The notes beneath the pieces were generated by a model that made no database searches, had not been told where the DNA came from, and saw only the letters and a list, made by a program, of their open reading frames with translations. From a virus (Duplodnaviria; Caudoviricetes): a stretch of 64,000 nucleotides of DNA. Positions 8,564-17,375 of this stretch are shown one piece after another. The translations under genes and the position numbers were made by a program. The stretch covers positions 18,103-82,102 of the IMG/VR virus record IMGVR_UViG_3300011947_000001; one strand, 5' to 3'. How positions within the stretch are numbered: the first letter of the stretch is position 1; every line of letters begins with the position of its first letter.

Positions 8564-10951
8564 TTATTCCATTCGCATGATTTCATCGTCTTCTGTTAAG
8601 TTAATAGCCATTTTCCATTGATACGAATCCCCCGATTTCACAAGGAATTTATGATGGTGTGTACATTTATATACAGCACCATCTTCTAATTCAATCTCAA
8701 TGTAATTAGTTCTACCATTTAACCAAACATCGGTAGCTGGCTTTAACCCATCCATAGTTTCAACCATGATAGGTTCAGGTAATTTAAACCATTTACCGCC
8801 TGTCAATGGAGTAATATCTTCAACTTCTTTTTCTAAATCAGCGCCAGTTAAATTGAAAATATCTTCTAATGACATCAAACCGTTTTCAGTTTTGATAACT
8901 TGTTCTTTTTGAACACACGACTCACTTGGCATATGTGCACAAAGTACACTGTTTAAGATGCCGCCATTGGCCTTGATCTTTTCAGATAAAGTTTTCCAAT
9001 CACGTTTATTTTCAACAGTAACCAGTTTATCCACGTTTCCGCAATATGTATCTAATGGAGTCCAGCCATCAACCCATTTAGTTTTGTACATCCATTTAGC
9101 AACACCATATTCTTTAGATAATTCTAGTGATGCATTAACAAGATGCCAGTAGTGAGTTTCAGCTAATTCATGACAGAAATCACGTCCTTCTTGCGATGAA
9201 TATGACAGACCTTTCTTAGCCATCAGATGCGCTAAACCAACAATACCGATACCAGCATTCATACGTGCTTCAGCGGTTTCTTTAAGGTTCTGGAACACAT
9301 ATGATGAATTCAAGATACCAAAACGAACCATCTTCAGAACACGATAACATGAGTTATAGTATTCTTCATCATTTTTGATATTTGAAACGATGATGCCACC
9401 AATATTACAAAGTGCGATTTCACCTGCTGTAGAACGTTCAACGATTTCATCAACCTTAGTTTCAGAACCATCATCATTAACGATTACATCATCTTCTTGC
9501 AGCTTCAATGCATGCATATCGGTTTTGCGCAAAGTATTTACACGATCAAAGTTGTAAATAATTTGTTCTTTACGTCCAGAACGGATACGGATAAAGTTTT
9601 GGCTTTCATCGTATGATTCATACAGTTCTTTGACTGATTTAAAACCAGATGTCGGCAAATCAATTTCTGAACATAAATTAGATGACCAAATCGTATCAAG
9701 GAATGGCGTATGGATGTTCATCCAGTCTGTCATATGTTCATATGTACGGCCAGTTTCAATAGCTTCAGTCATCGCCATAACAACGATCTTACGTGCTGGA
9801 ACCATTGTACGTGGGAGCTTAGAAGCTAGGAATTTTTCATACAGACGTTCGAAGTAATCGTTATCGCCTGAATAAATCGCGTTATAAAGTTCTGGTGCAT
9901 CTTTATATGAGAATAAAGCAATATCTTCATTCTTAGCACATTTTTGAACAACTAAACGGTTTGAACCAAAGCTATAGTCAGAACCACGAATCTGTTTAGC
10001 CAATGGTGTGATTGGGTTTTTCAGTTTCAGTAATGTTTCAATTTCTGGATCATAAGCATTGAAATAAGCTGTACCAGCACCACCACGGCCATTCTGAAGG
10101 TTAGCAGCTAATGCAGTTGAATAAGAACGCAAGTATGGTAATTTACCTTGGTGTTCAATTAAACCACCACGAACAGAATCGCCAATTGAACGGGTTTTCA
10201 AATGGTATCCGATCCCTGCACTCATAACAGTCATCATATACGCAATATGATCCGCTGTAGCTAATGAAGGTGCTTCATCTTTGGCTTGGAAAATACAGCA
10301 TGACGCATAACCGTCCAGATGTGTGCCTAGATTCACATAGTATGGCGTAGGAACGTTAATACGGTGATTTGCAAATTCTTCATAGTATGCTTTAACTTCA
10401 GCAATACGACGTTCTTTTGGTTCCTTTTCAGCAAGGGCCATAGCCATACGCATATACATGAATTGTGAAGTTTCGTATTCAATATTTTTAACACGGTTCT
10501 TCAATGCATATTTGTTGCGGTTCTGGTGAATAGCATAATGCGGATATTTAAGGTTGTAATTGTGATTGATTACTTTTTCTAGCTGTTCATATTCAGTATC
10601 AGTATAATCAAGACAACGCATCAGGCCATCTTTAACCAGACGTGCTTGCACTTCTTTAATGGTAGGATATTCAGATGATTTATGAACCAAACGAACCAGC
10701 AAAGATGAATACAGGCGACCAGCCATCAAATTGTATTCCCATGTACGCTGCTCAAGGCATTTTTTAATCAACGATTCCTGAAGTTCTTTCGAAGTAACTG
10801 TATTTGGTAATGTTGAAATTGCACTTGTAACGATACTTGCCCAATCGACGTTCCGACCTAGTTTTTCAGCTGCCCAAATTCCCCATCCATTTACTTTATT
10901 TGGGTTAAAATCTTCTTTGCTACCATCTCGTTTGATAATAGTCTTAATCAT
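8564..10951 (-). CDS. nrdA: Split nrdA, N-terminal fragment: class Ia RNR alpha N-extein plus 117 aa N-intein
   Basis: ATP-cone MIKTIIKRDGSKEDF (start moved to 10951); PTPYYVN, YASCC, GRGG, SNLCSE, ALCN, GIGIVG, HMPSES|CVQKEQVIKTENG. Confidence 0.95.
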   Translation of the reverse strand: MIKTIIKRDGSKEDFNPNKVNGWGIWAAEKLGRNVDWASIVTSAISTLPNTVTSKELQESLIKKCLEQRTWEYNLMAGRLYSSLLVRLVHKSSEYPTIKEVQARLVKDGLMRCLDYTDTEYEQLEKVINHNYNLKYPHYAIHQNRNKYALKNRVKNIEYETSQFMYMRMAMALAEKEPKERRIAEVKAYYEEFANHRINVPTPYYVNLGTHLDGYASCCIFQAKDEAPSLATADHIAYMMTVMSAGIGYHLKTRSIGDSVRGGLIEHQGKLPYLRSYSTALAANLQNGRGGAGTAYFNAYDPEIETLLKLKNPITPLAKQIRGSDYSFGSNRLVVQKCAKNEDIALFSYKDAPELYNAIYSGDNDYFERLYEKFLASKLPRTMVPARKIVVMAMTEAIETGRTYEHMTDWMNIHTPFLDTIWSSNLCSEIDLPTSGFKSVKELYESYDESQNFIRIRSGRKEQIIYNFDRVNTLRKTDMHALKLQEDDVIVNDDGSETKVDEIVERSTAGEIALCNIGGIIVSNIKNDEEYYNSCYRVLKMVRFGILNSSYVFQNLKETAEARMNAGIGIVGLAHLMAKKGLSYSSQEGRDFCHELAETHYWHLVNASLELSKEYGVAKWMYKTKWVDGWTPLDTYCGNVDKLVTVENKRDWKTLSEKIKANGGILNSVLCAHMPSESCVQKEQVIKTENGLMSLEDIFNLTGADLEKEVEDITPLTGGKWFKLPEPIMVETMDGLKPATDVWLNGRTNYIEIELEDGAVYKCTHHHKFLVKSGDSYQWKMAINLTEDDEIMRME
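8567..8917 (-). mobile_element. N-intein half (IntN) of naturally split intein
   Basis: Block A C(V)...V.T.NG, block B CTHHHKF (TxxH), ends AINLTEDDEIMRME-stop. Confidence 0.9.
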
Positions 10952-11280
10952 CTTAATATCTCGCTTCTCTAAACAAACTAAAGATTTATTTAATCTCATT
11001 CTTACATATAAGAATGGAAGCGATATTAACATGACAAATATGATTAATTTTGTTTGTACATACATGAAAAAGCCACATTTTCATGTGGCCTATTCATCAT
11101 TCAATTTTTTCTAATTCATCCAGAAACGTATCCAGCCGAATAAGAACCTTCTTCAATAATCGCGCTTCATTTTCTGAAACGTGTCGAAGAATAACGTTTG
11201 CCGCAATCCCGATTTTCTTGTCGATTTCAAAATATAAACTTTCAAATTCAGGGTCAATTTGTTGCTGATCACTCATTTTA

Positions 11281-11496
11281 TCACCATTTACCTAATGGAC
11301 ATACTGATTTGCTAAACTTCACCTTAGCAGCCATCAAACACCCACATTGTGCACATGTGCCAAATGCTGGTTGAAGTTCAGGACATTCATTACAAATGGC
11401 AATGCGTTTCGATGCTGTATCAGATGAAGTAATAGCCACTTTTCCAGTGGTGACAACATCTTTAACAACATCGAATATTGAATATTTACTACTCAT
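11281..11496 (-). CDS. Small Cys-rich putative metal-binding protein (DUF6171-like)
   Basis: RIAICNEC...CAQCGC...CPLGKW. Confidence 0.7.
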   Translation of the reverse strand: MSSKYSIFDVVKDVVTTGKVAITSSDTASKRIAICNECPELQPAFGTCAQCGCLMAAKVKFSKSVCPLGKW

Positions 11497-11540
11497 AATC
11501 ACTTGCACTCAATAATACATATGATTATTTATGCAGATAA

Positions 11541-11714
11541 TTAAATATCTTTTTTCATAAATTCTGGAACATCACCACATTCAATAATATGTTCCAGTAA
11601 CAACCTAAACGCCTTGGAATGGGATAATGATTTCTTCTCAAGAATAGTTCTTGATTGTGCCTTAATATCGCTATCTACACGAACGTTGATGATCTCATTT
11701 TTTTTACTACTCAT
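11541..11714 (-). CDS. RelB/DinJ-like ribbon-helix-helix antitoxin-like protein
   Basis: INVRVDSDIKAQSRTILEKKSLSHSKAFRLLLEHIIECGDVP follows the DinJ/RelB pattern; no toxin adjacent. Confidence 0.72.
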   Translation of the reverse strand: MSSKKNEIINVRVDSDIKAQSRTILEKKSLSHSKAFRLLLEHIIECGDVPEFMKKDI

Positions 11715-11718
11715 TACT

Positions 11719-13020
11719 TTATACTCCCACACCAAACTTTTTATAAAAGCTTACAACTCGATCATCAACAATTACATCCTCATATTCCAACGGTTTAGAT
11801 AAAATCAATTTATCCAATGTTGTCGCACGTGATAAAGCTACATATAACATACCAGTTGCAAACGCTCCCTTACTCATATCAATATATAAGTTCTGAATTG
11901 TTGCGCCCTGTGATTTATGAATTGTCATACTCCAAGATAATTTAATTGGCAATTGCCGATATGATCCAACAATGCCGTTTTCATACTTTGATTCTCCACC
12001 TATAAATGATTTAGAAAGGCCATATTCATCCCATTTAGCATACTCAATTTTAATATCTTTTTGACCATCAAAAAGATCAACAATGATATAATTACTACGA
12101 AGATCAGTTATTTTACCAATACTGCCATTTACGATACTTGGAGTAAGATTTTTACAGACCATGATTTGTGCACCGACTTTAAGTTTTAAAGTCTGATCAA
12201 CAGGGAAGTTATTTGGATTAAATTTCCCCTCCACAGTTCCATAATATGTCATTAATTCAGAATCAAGTTCAGCTAATTTGCGATTATTAGTAACATTACT
12301 AACTTCATTGTAGGGTGTAATCTGAACATAATTATCAGGTGCTACATGTTCATAACGACAAACTTTATTAAGAATGTCAATCGCAATATTGGCTTTGTAA
12401 TCCCGACGGATAGCAGATAGCACTTTAACAAATCGTTCGTCTTTCTGACGCATTACTTTTTTCAACATGATTAGTTCGAATTCATTTTTTTCAATGACTT
12501 CTTGCATTACATGTGAATCAAAAAAATATTCAGAATCATACAACTCCATGTATGCTTCCATTACAACACGATCGTTACCCACAATAGGTGATAACTGACA
12601 AAGATCGCCAACAATTAATACAGGGATGCCACCAAATGGCACATTTTGATTCATTGATAATCGCAATGATGAATCAATTGCATCCATAACATTAGAGGAC
12701 ACCATTGAAATTTCATCGATAATGATCAAATTTGTCATTCGCAAAAATTTACAAACATCAGGTTTCAAACGAACAATATCGTTTTCCGTCAAAAATGAAG
12801 GAGGGAACTTAAAAAATGAATGTATTGTACGACCACCAATATTAACAGCAGCCAAACCCGTTGGTGCTAGTAATAAAGAGTTAGAAACCAGTTTTCGAAT
12901 ATAGTGGATGAATGTCGATTTACCAGAACCAGCTTCACCAGATACAAACGTTACAGCATTCTTAGTGATTGATTGTATGGCTTGTCGGTATTCATCAAAT
13001 ACTACTACTTCTTCTGACAT
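11719..13020 (-). CDS. SF1B DNA helicase (Pif1/RecD-like)
   Basis: GEAGSGKS, LAPTGLAA, IIDEISMV, GDLCQLSP, RQKD, TIHKSQG, YVALSRA motifs. Confidence 0.93.
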   Translation of the reverse strand: MSEEVVVFDEYRQAIQSITKNAVTFVSGEAGSGKSTFIHYIRKLVSNSLLLAPTGLAAVNIGGRTIHSFFKFPPSFLTENDIVRLKPDVCKFLRMTNLIIIDEISMVSSNVMDAIDSSLRLSMNQNVPFGGIPVLIVGDLCQLSPIVGNDRVVMEAYMELYDSEYFFDSHVMQEVIEKNEFELIMLKKVMRQKDERFVKVLSAIRRDYKANIAIDILNKVCRYEHVAPDNYVQITPYNEVSNVTNNRKLAELDSELMTYYGTVEGKFNPNNFPVDQTLKLKVGAQIMVCKNLTPSIVNGSIGKITDLRSNYIIVDLFDGQKDIKIEYAKWDEYGLSKSFIGGESKYENGIVGSYRQLPIKLSWSMTIHKSQGATIQNLYIDMSKGAFATGMLYVALSRATTLDKLILSKPLEYEDVIVDDRVVSFYKKFGVGV

Positions 13021-13694
13021 CAAGCATCTCCCAACATATTCAAATCGATCATGTTGAAATTGATTTCTGCTTCTTCCAGTAAACGTCGAGTCACTGTAAA
13101 AGTGTCAGAATGTACCGACCATGATTTGCTATTTCCGCCTGTAGAATCGCACATTACAATACGTTTCACACCTACTTGGATAAGCGGTTTAACACAGTCA
13201 GAACATGCAGGTAGACCATAAACGTATACTGTTGAATTGATCAAAGACACACCATTTCGACATGCATTCGCAATCATGTTTACTTCGGCATGTGTAACCA
13301 TTGATAACTTAATATGCTTCACATACAAACGCCAATCATCTTTGATATTTCGTGGGAAACCATTATATCCTTGTGAGATTACTTGACGATCGCGCACGGC
13401 CACACAACCAACTTGTTTTTTTGGGTCTTTTGACCATGTAGAATATTCACGTGCAAGGCGCATGAATCTTACATCATAGTCTGGTTTGTTGTCATACATT
13501 GATGAATTAAAATAATCAAATGTGGCTATCAGATCATCATCATTTAAATCATTTAATTGCTTTAATTCACTAACGTCTAAATTAAAGATGTTATCAAAAC
13601 CAGTGTTGGTAATACCATCCATTTTTTGTAATCGCTTATATAAAAGCGATGCTGCATCTTCTTTCGTCTTATTTGACATATTTGTTTTTGCCAT
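13020..13694 (-). CDS. cd: dCMP deaminase with N-terminal extension
   Basis: SKDPKKQVGCV, GYNGFPR, HAEVN, PCxxC-type ACSDC zinc motifs. Confidence 0.92.
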   Translation of the reverse strand: MAKTNMSNKTKEDAASLLYKRLQKMDGITNTGFDNIFNLDVSELKQLNDLNDDDLIATFDYFNSSMYDNKPDYDVRFMRLAREYSTWSKDPKKQVGCVAVRDRQVISQGYNGFPRNIKDDWRLYVKHIKLSMVTHAEVNMIANACRNGVSLINSTVYVYGLPACSDCVKPLIQVGVKRIVMCDSTGGNSKSWSVHSDTFTVTRRLLEEAEINFNMIDLNMLGDA

Positions 13695-13750
13695 TTACTC
13701 TATGTGTGTACATATTAGCACAACTATAAAATATGTATACACTATTCAAC

Positions 13751-13779
13751 AAAAAAAGCCCTTGATTTGGGCTTTTTTT
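13751..13779. terminator. Bidirectional intrinsic terminator
   Basis: A7-GCCC-TTGATTT-GGGC-T7. Confidence 0.7.
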
Positions 13780-13806
13780 CATCAAATGTTTTACCGATTA
13801 GAAAAA

Positions 13807-14232
13807 TTAATTAATATTCAAATGGATACTATAAACATATTTCATATTCATCATATTAAACAAATCAATAAGTAGTTCGCGACTATTAGCTGGTAACTTG
13901 GCAATATTAGAAGCTAATTCCATCATCTTTGTAGAGAATACCAAATAGTTGTCAACGCTATACTTTTCAATCGCAATATTTTTGTCGTATGGAACGTATT
14001 CTTTAATTAAAGTTGACAATAGATCATTTTTCATAAAACTTTGTATAATCAAATTGATAATCAAGTTGGCTGATTCACCATAATAATCATATTTGATTTG
14101 GTAGCATAGATTTGACACATCATCATTAATTATACCCTCATACGTATATGCATCACTCCATGATACGGAACAGAATAACCCGATTGAATAATAATCTTTT
14201 CCAAACATCTCCACCAAATCAGATTTGACCAT
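13807..14232 (-). CDS. Hypothetical protein
   Basis: 141 aa ORF abutting gp52. Confidence 0.65.
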   Translation of the reverse strand: MVKSDLVEMFGKDYYSIGLFCSVSWSDAYTYEGIINDDVSNLCYQIKYDYYGESANLIINLIIQSFMKNDLLSTLIKEYVPYDKNIAIEKYSVDNYLVFSTKMMELASNIAKLPANSRELLIDLFNMMNMKYVYSIHLNIN

Positions 14233-14233
14233 T

Positions 14234-15556
14234 TTAGATTCCCTTCAGTAAATCAATATACAATTCACGTTCATTTGTTGATTGTAATTCACTCAACTTA
14301 GTATTAAGCCCATCAATGATCACCTTCAATTCTTCAACCTGATCTTGAGTCATATTGTATACTGGGATCGATACCAGTCGATTAGCCACTTCATCAGGCA
14401 CATCATATTGGGTTTTAACCAGTTCAACCAATTCGGCTTTACTATGTTTCATAATCGCAATCTTATTTGAGATTACATCAGTAATAAAGTTCAATTTAGC
14501 ATTACACCAGTTCAGGTCTTTTTCAATTCGCTTAATTTCATAATCGATATATTCACGAACCTTCCCAATACGGAATTCAACAAATTTGTTGATGATATCG
14601 ACCTTGTTTTCAAACATCATCAATTTACCTTGTTCATCCAAGGCATTGTAGTTTTCCGTGATTGCTTTTTCCAAGCTGAAGTAATCGATCGGGTCTTTGG
14701 CACACTTCGCATCTTGTACACTATCAGTTTTGATCAAGAAATTGAATCCAGATTCATCACAACGATCTTCAAAATCAGCAATCTTTTTCTTTTCAATAAG
14801 GCTGCTTAGGACTTTGAAATATTTTTCGCGGTCATAACCATATGGAAGTTCTGTGATTTCCCACTTATTACGACCAACACGATTAACCACGCCTTTAGTG
14901 ATTACTCGCTTGTGATTAGTTGGATCATGTTCAATTGTACCCTTGAAATGTGGAATTTTGATGGATAACTTATAATCAGATTTCAGTTTTCCGTTTGCAG
15001 CTTTAATCGTAGCCTTCAGGATATCTTTTGGATCATGTGGTAAATATTTACATGCAAAACCAACAGCAATCCCCTCAATCCCATTCACCAGAATCCACGG
15101 GATTAATGGAAGGTATTGTTGCGGTTCTGGATTATCCACATCAATATTTGGATTACATACTTCATTATGAATAAAGTATTTTTTGAATTCTGGATTTAGA
15201 TCACAAAAGATATAACGTGGTGCTGCTGCTTCCTGAATCAAGCGTGAGCCAAAGTTACCGTATCCCCTGAAGATTGGTATGTTATTACTCCAATCGGCCG
15301 CCAGCGTCACTACAGCACTCATAGCAGAACCTTCCGCATGGTGATAGTTATAGCTTGGTAAAGATGAACCCAGTTCAGCAACTTTAACTTTTTTGCCTTT
15401 GAATTGAGTGACCATTGCATATAATAACTTTCTACCAGAAATCTTCAAACCATCAACATAACTAGGTAAAGCCCGATTTTCAATCGTGTACATAGCAAAA
15501 GCACGGTAATCAGTATCTAATATATCAGACACTTTCTTAACAAGAATATCACTCAT
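14234..15556 (-). CDS. gp52: DNA topoisomerase II medium subunit (T4 gp52-like)
   Basis: RALPSYVDGLK, YHHAEGS, GNFGSR, AAAPRY catalytic Tyr, ILVNG.EGIAVG. Confidence 0.96.
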   Translation of the reverse strand: MSDILVKKVSDILDTDYRAFAMYTIENRALPSYVDGLKISGRKLLYAMVTQFKGKKVKVAELGSSLPSYNYHHAEGSAMSAVVTLAADWSNNIPIFRGYGNFGSRLIQEAAAPRYIFCDLNPEFKKYFIHNEVCNPNIDVDNPEPQQYLPLIPWILVNGIEGIAVGFACKYLPHDPKDILKATIKAANGKLKSDYKLSIKIPHFKGTIEHDPTNHKRVITKGVVNRVGRNKWEITELPYGYDREKYFKVLSSLIEKKKIADFEDRCDESGFNFLIKTDSVQDAKCAKDPIDYFSLEKAITENYNALDEQGKLMMFENKVDIINKFVEFRIGKVREYIDYEIKRIEKDLNWCNAKLNFITDVISNKIAIMKHSKAELVELVKTQYDVPDEVANRLVSIPVYNMTQDQVEELKVIIDGLNTKLSELQSTNERELYIDLLKGI

Positions 15557-15586
15557 CAATTATCCCTTAAATTTATATATGCAACA

Positions 15587-16609
15587 TTATTTACTATATT
15601 TTAATTTACAACATTTTATATGTCTAATCATATTTGATCTTTCCCCTGCTGTTTTAGGAAACCAATTGCAATATTCACAGATAATAGGTACACAATCCCC
15701 AACAATATTATTAATATTATCGATATTTAATTTACAGTTATTTCCATGAAATCGATTGAAAGTACCTTTATTTTTTACTGACATACAACAATATTCGCAC
15801 GTTATAACTGGGTCATTCTGTCTAGCGATTCTGCTCTTATTTCTAATCGTTTCCTTTTCATCATTGGACAATGAATCCCAAACCTTATTTCTCACTATAG
15901 TTTTAAATTCATCTGTTTTAGAAAAACTATCAACGCCATATTTCGAAATACATGTTATCTTCCGCTTATCATCAGTAATCTTCAATTTTCTTGGGTGACA
16001 CCCATACTTCATATCAAAAGTTTTACATATCTTTTTCTTGATATCATCATTAGCAAATACACATGCAACACCGTATTTCATTATATTTGTGCTATAAACC
16101 TTATTTTTTATAACGTCTGATTGCATAGGATATGGTACACCATATTTATCAATATTAGTCATTTTTATTTTATCTTTAATATCAACTCTTTGCCATACAT
16201 GGTATACGCCATATTTCGATTCATGAATTTTATATCTTTCGAGTATAAGTTTTTCCGATTTCATGTTGTGATCAACGCCATATTTTGCAATCATTCTTTT
16301 TTTAAATTCCTTATCGGAATGACATAAATTATAATCATTATTAGATTTATTTAACCAAACATCTGAATTAGCACAATCATGTTCTATCAAGAATTTAGTT
16401 TCCGCTTCATAGGCATCATTATTTGGATGCTCTATAATATCTATGATCTCAAATGAATCATCTCCATATTCTTTTATCAATTCATGTATAGTTTTAGATG
16501 ATGTGAAGTAAGTTTTCCAAAACTCATTTGGATTTGCATTAATAGATGTTCTACATCCATGATACATTTGTTTTGTAGGCTTAAATAATATTGTGTATCG
16601 GTATTGCAT
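15587..16609 (-). CDS. Seg-like (GIY-YIG-related) homing endonuclease with KYGV repeats
   Basis: N-terminal YRY...MYHGCR...YFTSS...YG.DSF..E...N domain; repeated KYGV units; C-terminal CxxC modules; TATAAATA at 16644-16651 upstream. Confidence 0.75.
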   Translation of the reverse strand: MQYRYTILFKPTKQMYHGCRTSINANPNEFWKTYFTSSKTIHELIKEYGDDSFEIIDIIEHPNNDAYEAETKFLIEHDCANSDVWLNKSNNDYNLCHSDKEFKKRMIAKYGVDHNMKSEKLILERYKIHESKYGVYHVWQRVDIKDKIKMTNIDKYGVPYPMQSDVIKNKVYSTNIMKYGVACVFANDDIKKKICKTFDMKYGCHPRKLKITDDKRKITCISKYGVDSFSKTDEFKTIVRNKVWDSLSNDEKETIRNKSRIARQNDPVITCEYCCMSVKNKGTFNRFHGNNCKLNIDNINNIVGDCVPIICEYCNWFPKTAGERSNMIRHIKCCKLKYSK

Positions 16610-16717
16610 TTTATAACCTTTATGATTTTAGACTTCATATAGTTATTTATACAATTACCGATTTTTACCCATCCATTTTAAACGGTGATATCGTCTAAAA
16701 CATATAAAATTAATCTT

Positions 16718-17164
16718 TCAAAAATTTGCATTGAACGCAGCCCCCAGCATTCGAAGCATGTGATGGTTTAGGTTGAAAGATGAAAGCTTATGTTCAATCG
16801 CTTCTTTCCAAACTTTAGATTTAAGATAAATATCGTTAGCAACATATTGATTTAGTTTATTATAATCATTTAGCGGAATAGGTCGCATTAATGCACCAAC
16901 ATTGACAGCTTTATTTTTATGGTATTTCAGTAAAGTTTCAGGGTCTATATTGCTTATCATGCTAGTTTTAAATGATGATGTGTGTGATCCCCATGCACCA
17001 AAGAACATTTGTTGTTCCCATGCAATGGTTTTACGTGCCAATTTTTCAAACATACTGATTTTAACTTCATCATTCATTTTGAATTTAAATAAACGTTTTT
17101 CAATTATGCGATAAACTTCATCACTCATATGAAAGCCATCATCCCAATCCCAATTATTCATCAT
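16718..17164 (-). CDS. Hypothetical protein
   Basis: 148 aa ORF in the topoisomerase operon. Confidence 0.65.
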   Translation of the reverse strand: MMNNWDWDDGFHMSDEVYRIIEKRLFKFKMNDEVKISMFEKLARKTIAWEQQMFFGAWGSHTSSFKTSMISNIDPETLLKYHKNKAVNVGALMRPIPLNDYNKLNQYVANDIYLKSKVWKEAIEHKLSSFNLNHHMLRMLGAAFNANF

Positions 17165-17375
17165 TTTGAATCACCATATCTTCTAGTTGCTCATCACCAA
17201 TCTTAGCTGTGTCTTTAACATCCTGAATATCGCCTGTTTCTGTATAATCCAAAGTATAAAATTTATACCGCGTCGTATAATGAACATATGACGTATCATA
17301 ACGAAAGTATGCGGAAGTTTTATTTGACTTCCGCATTTTTTGTTGATTCTTTTGGAATTGAATCAATTCACCCAT
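17154..17375 (-). CDS. Hypothetical protein
   Basis: 73 aa ORF overlapping both neighbours by a few nt. Confidence 0.6.
   Translation of the reverse strand: MGELIQFQKNQQKMRKSNKTSAYFRYDTSYVHYTTRYKFYTLDYTETGDIQDVKDTAKIGDEQLEDMVIQNDE

Noticed and set aside
10952-11065. 38 aa N-terminal extension of NrdA in the ORF track
   Set aside because: The ATP-cone begins at MIKTIIKRDG (10951); the extension runs into intergenic sequence near a hairpin.
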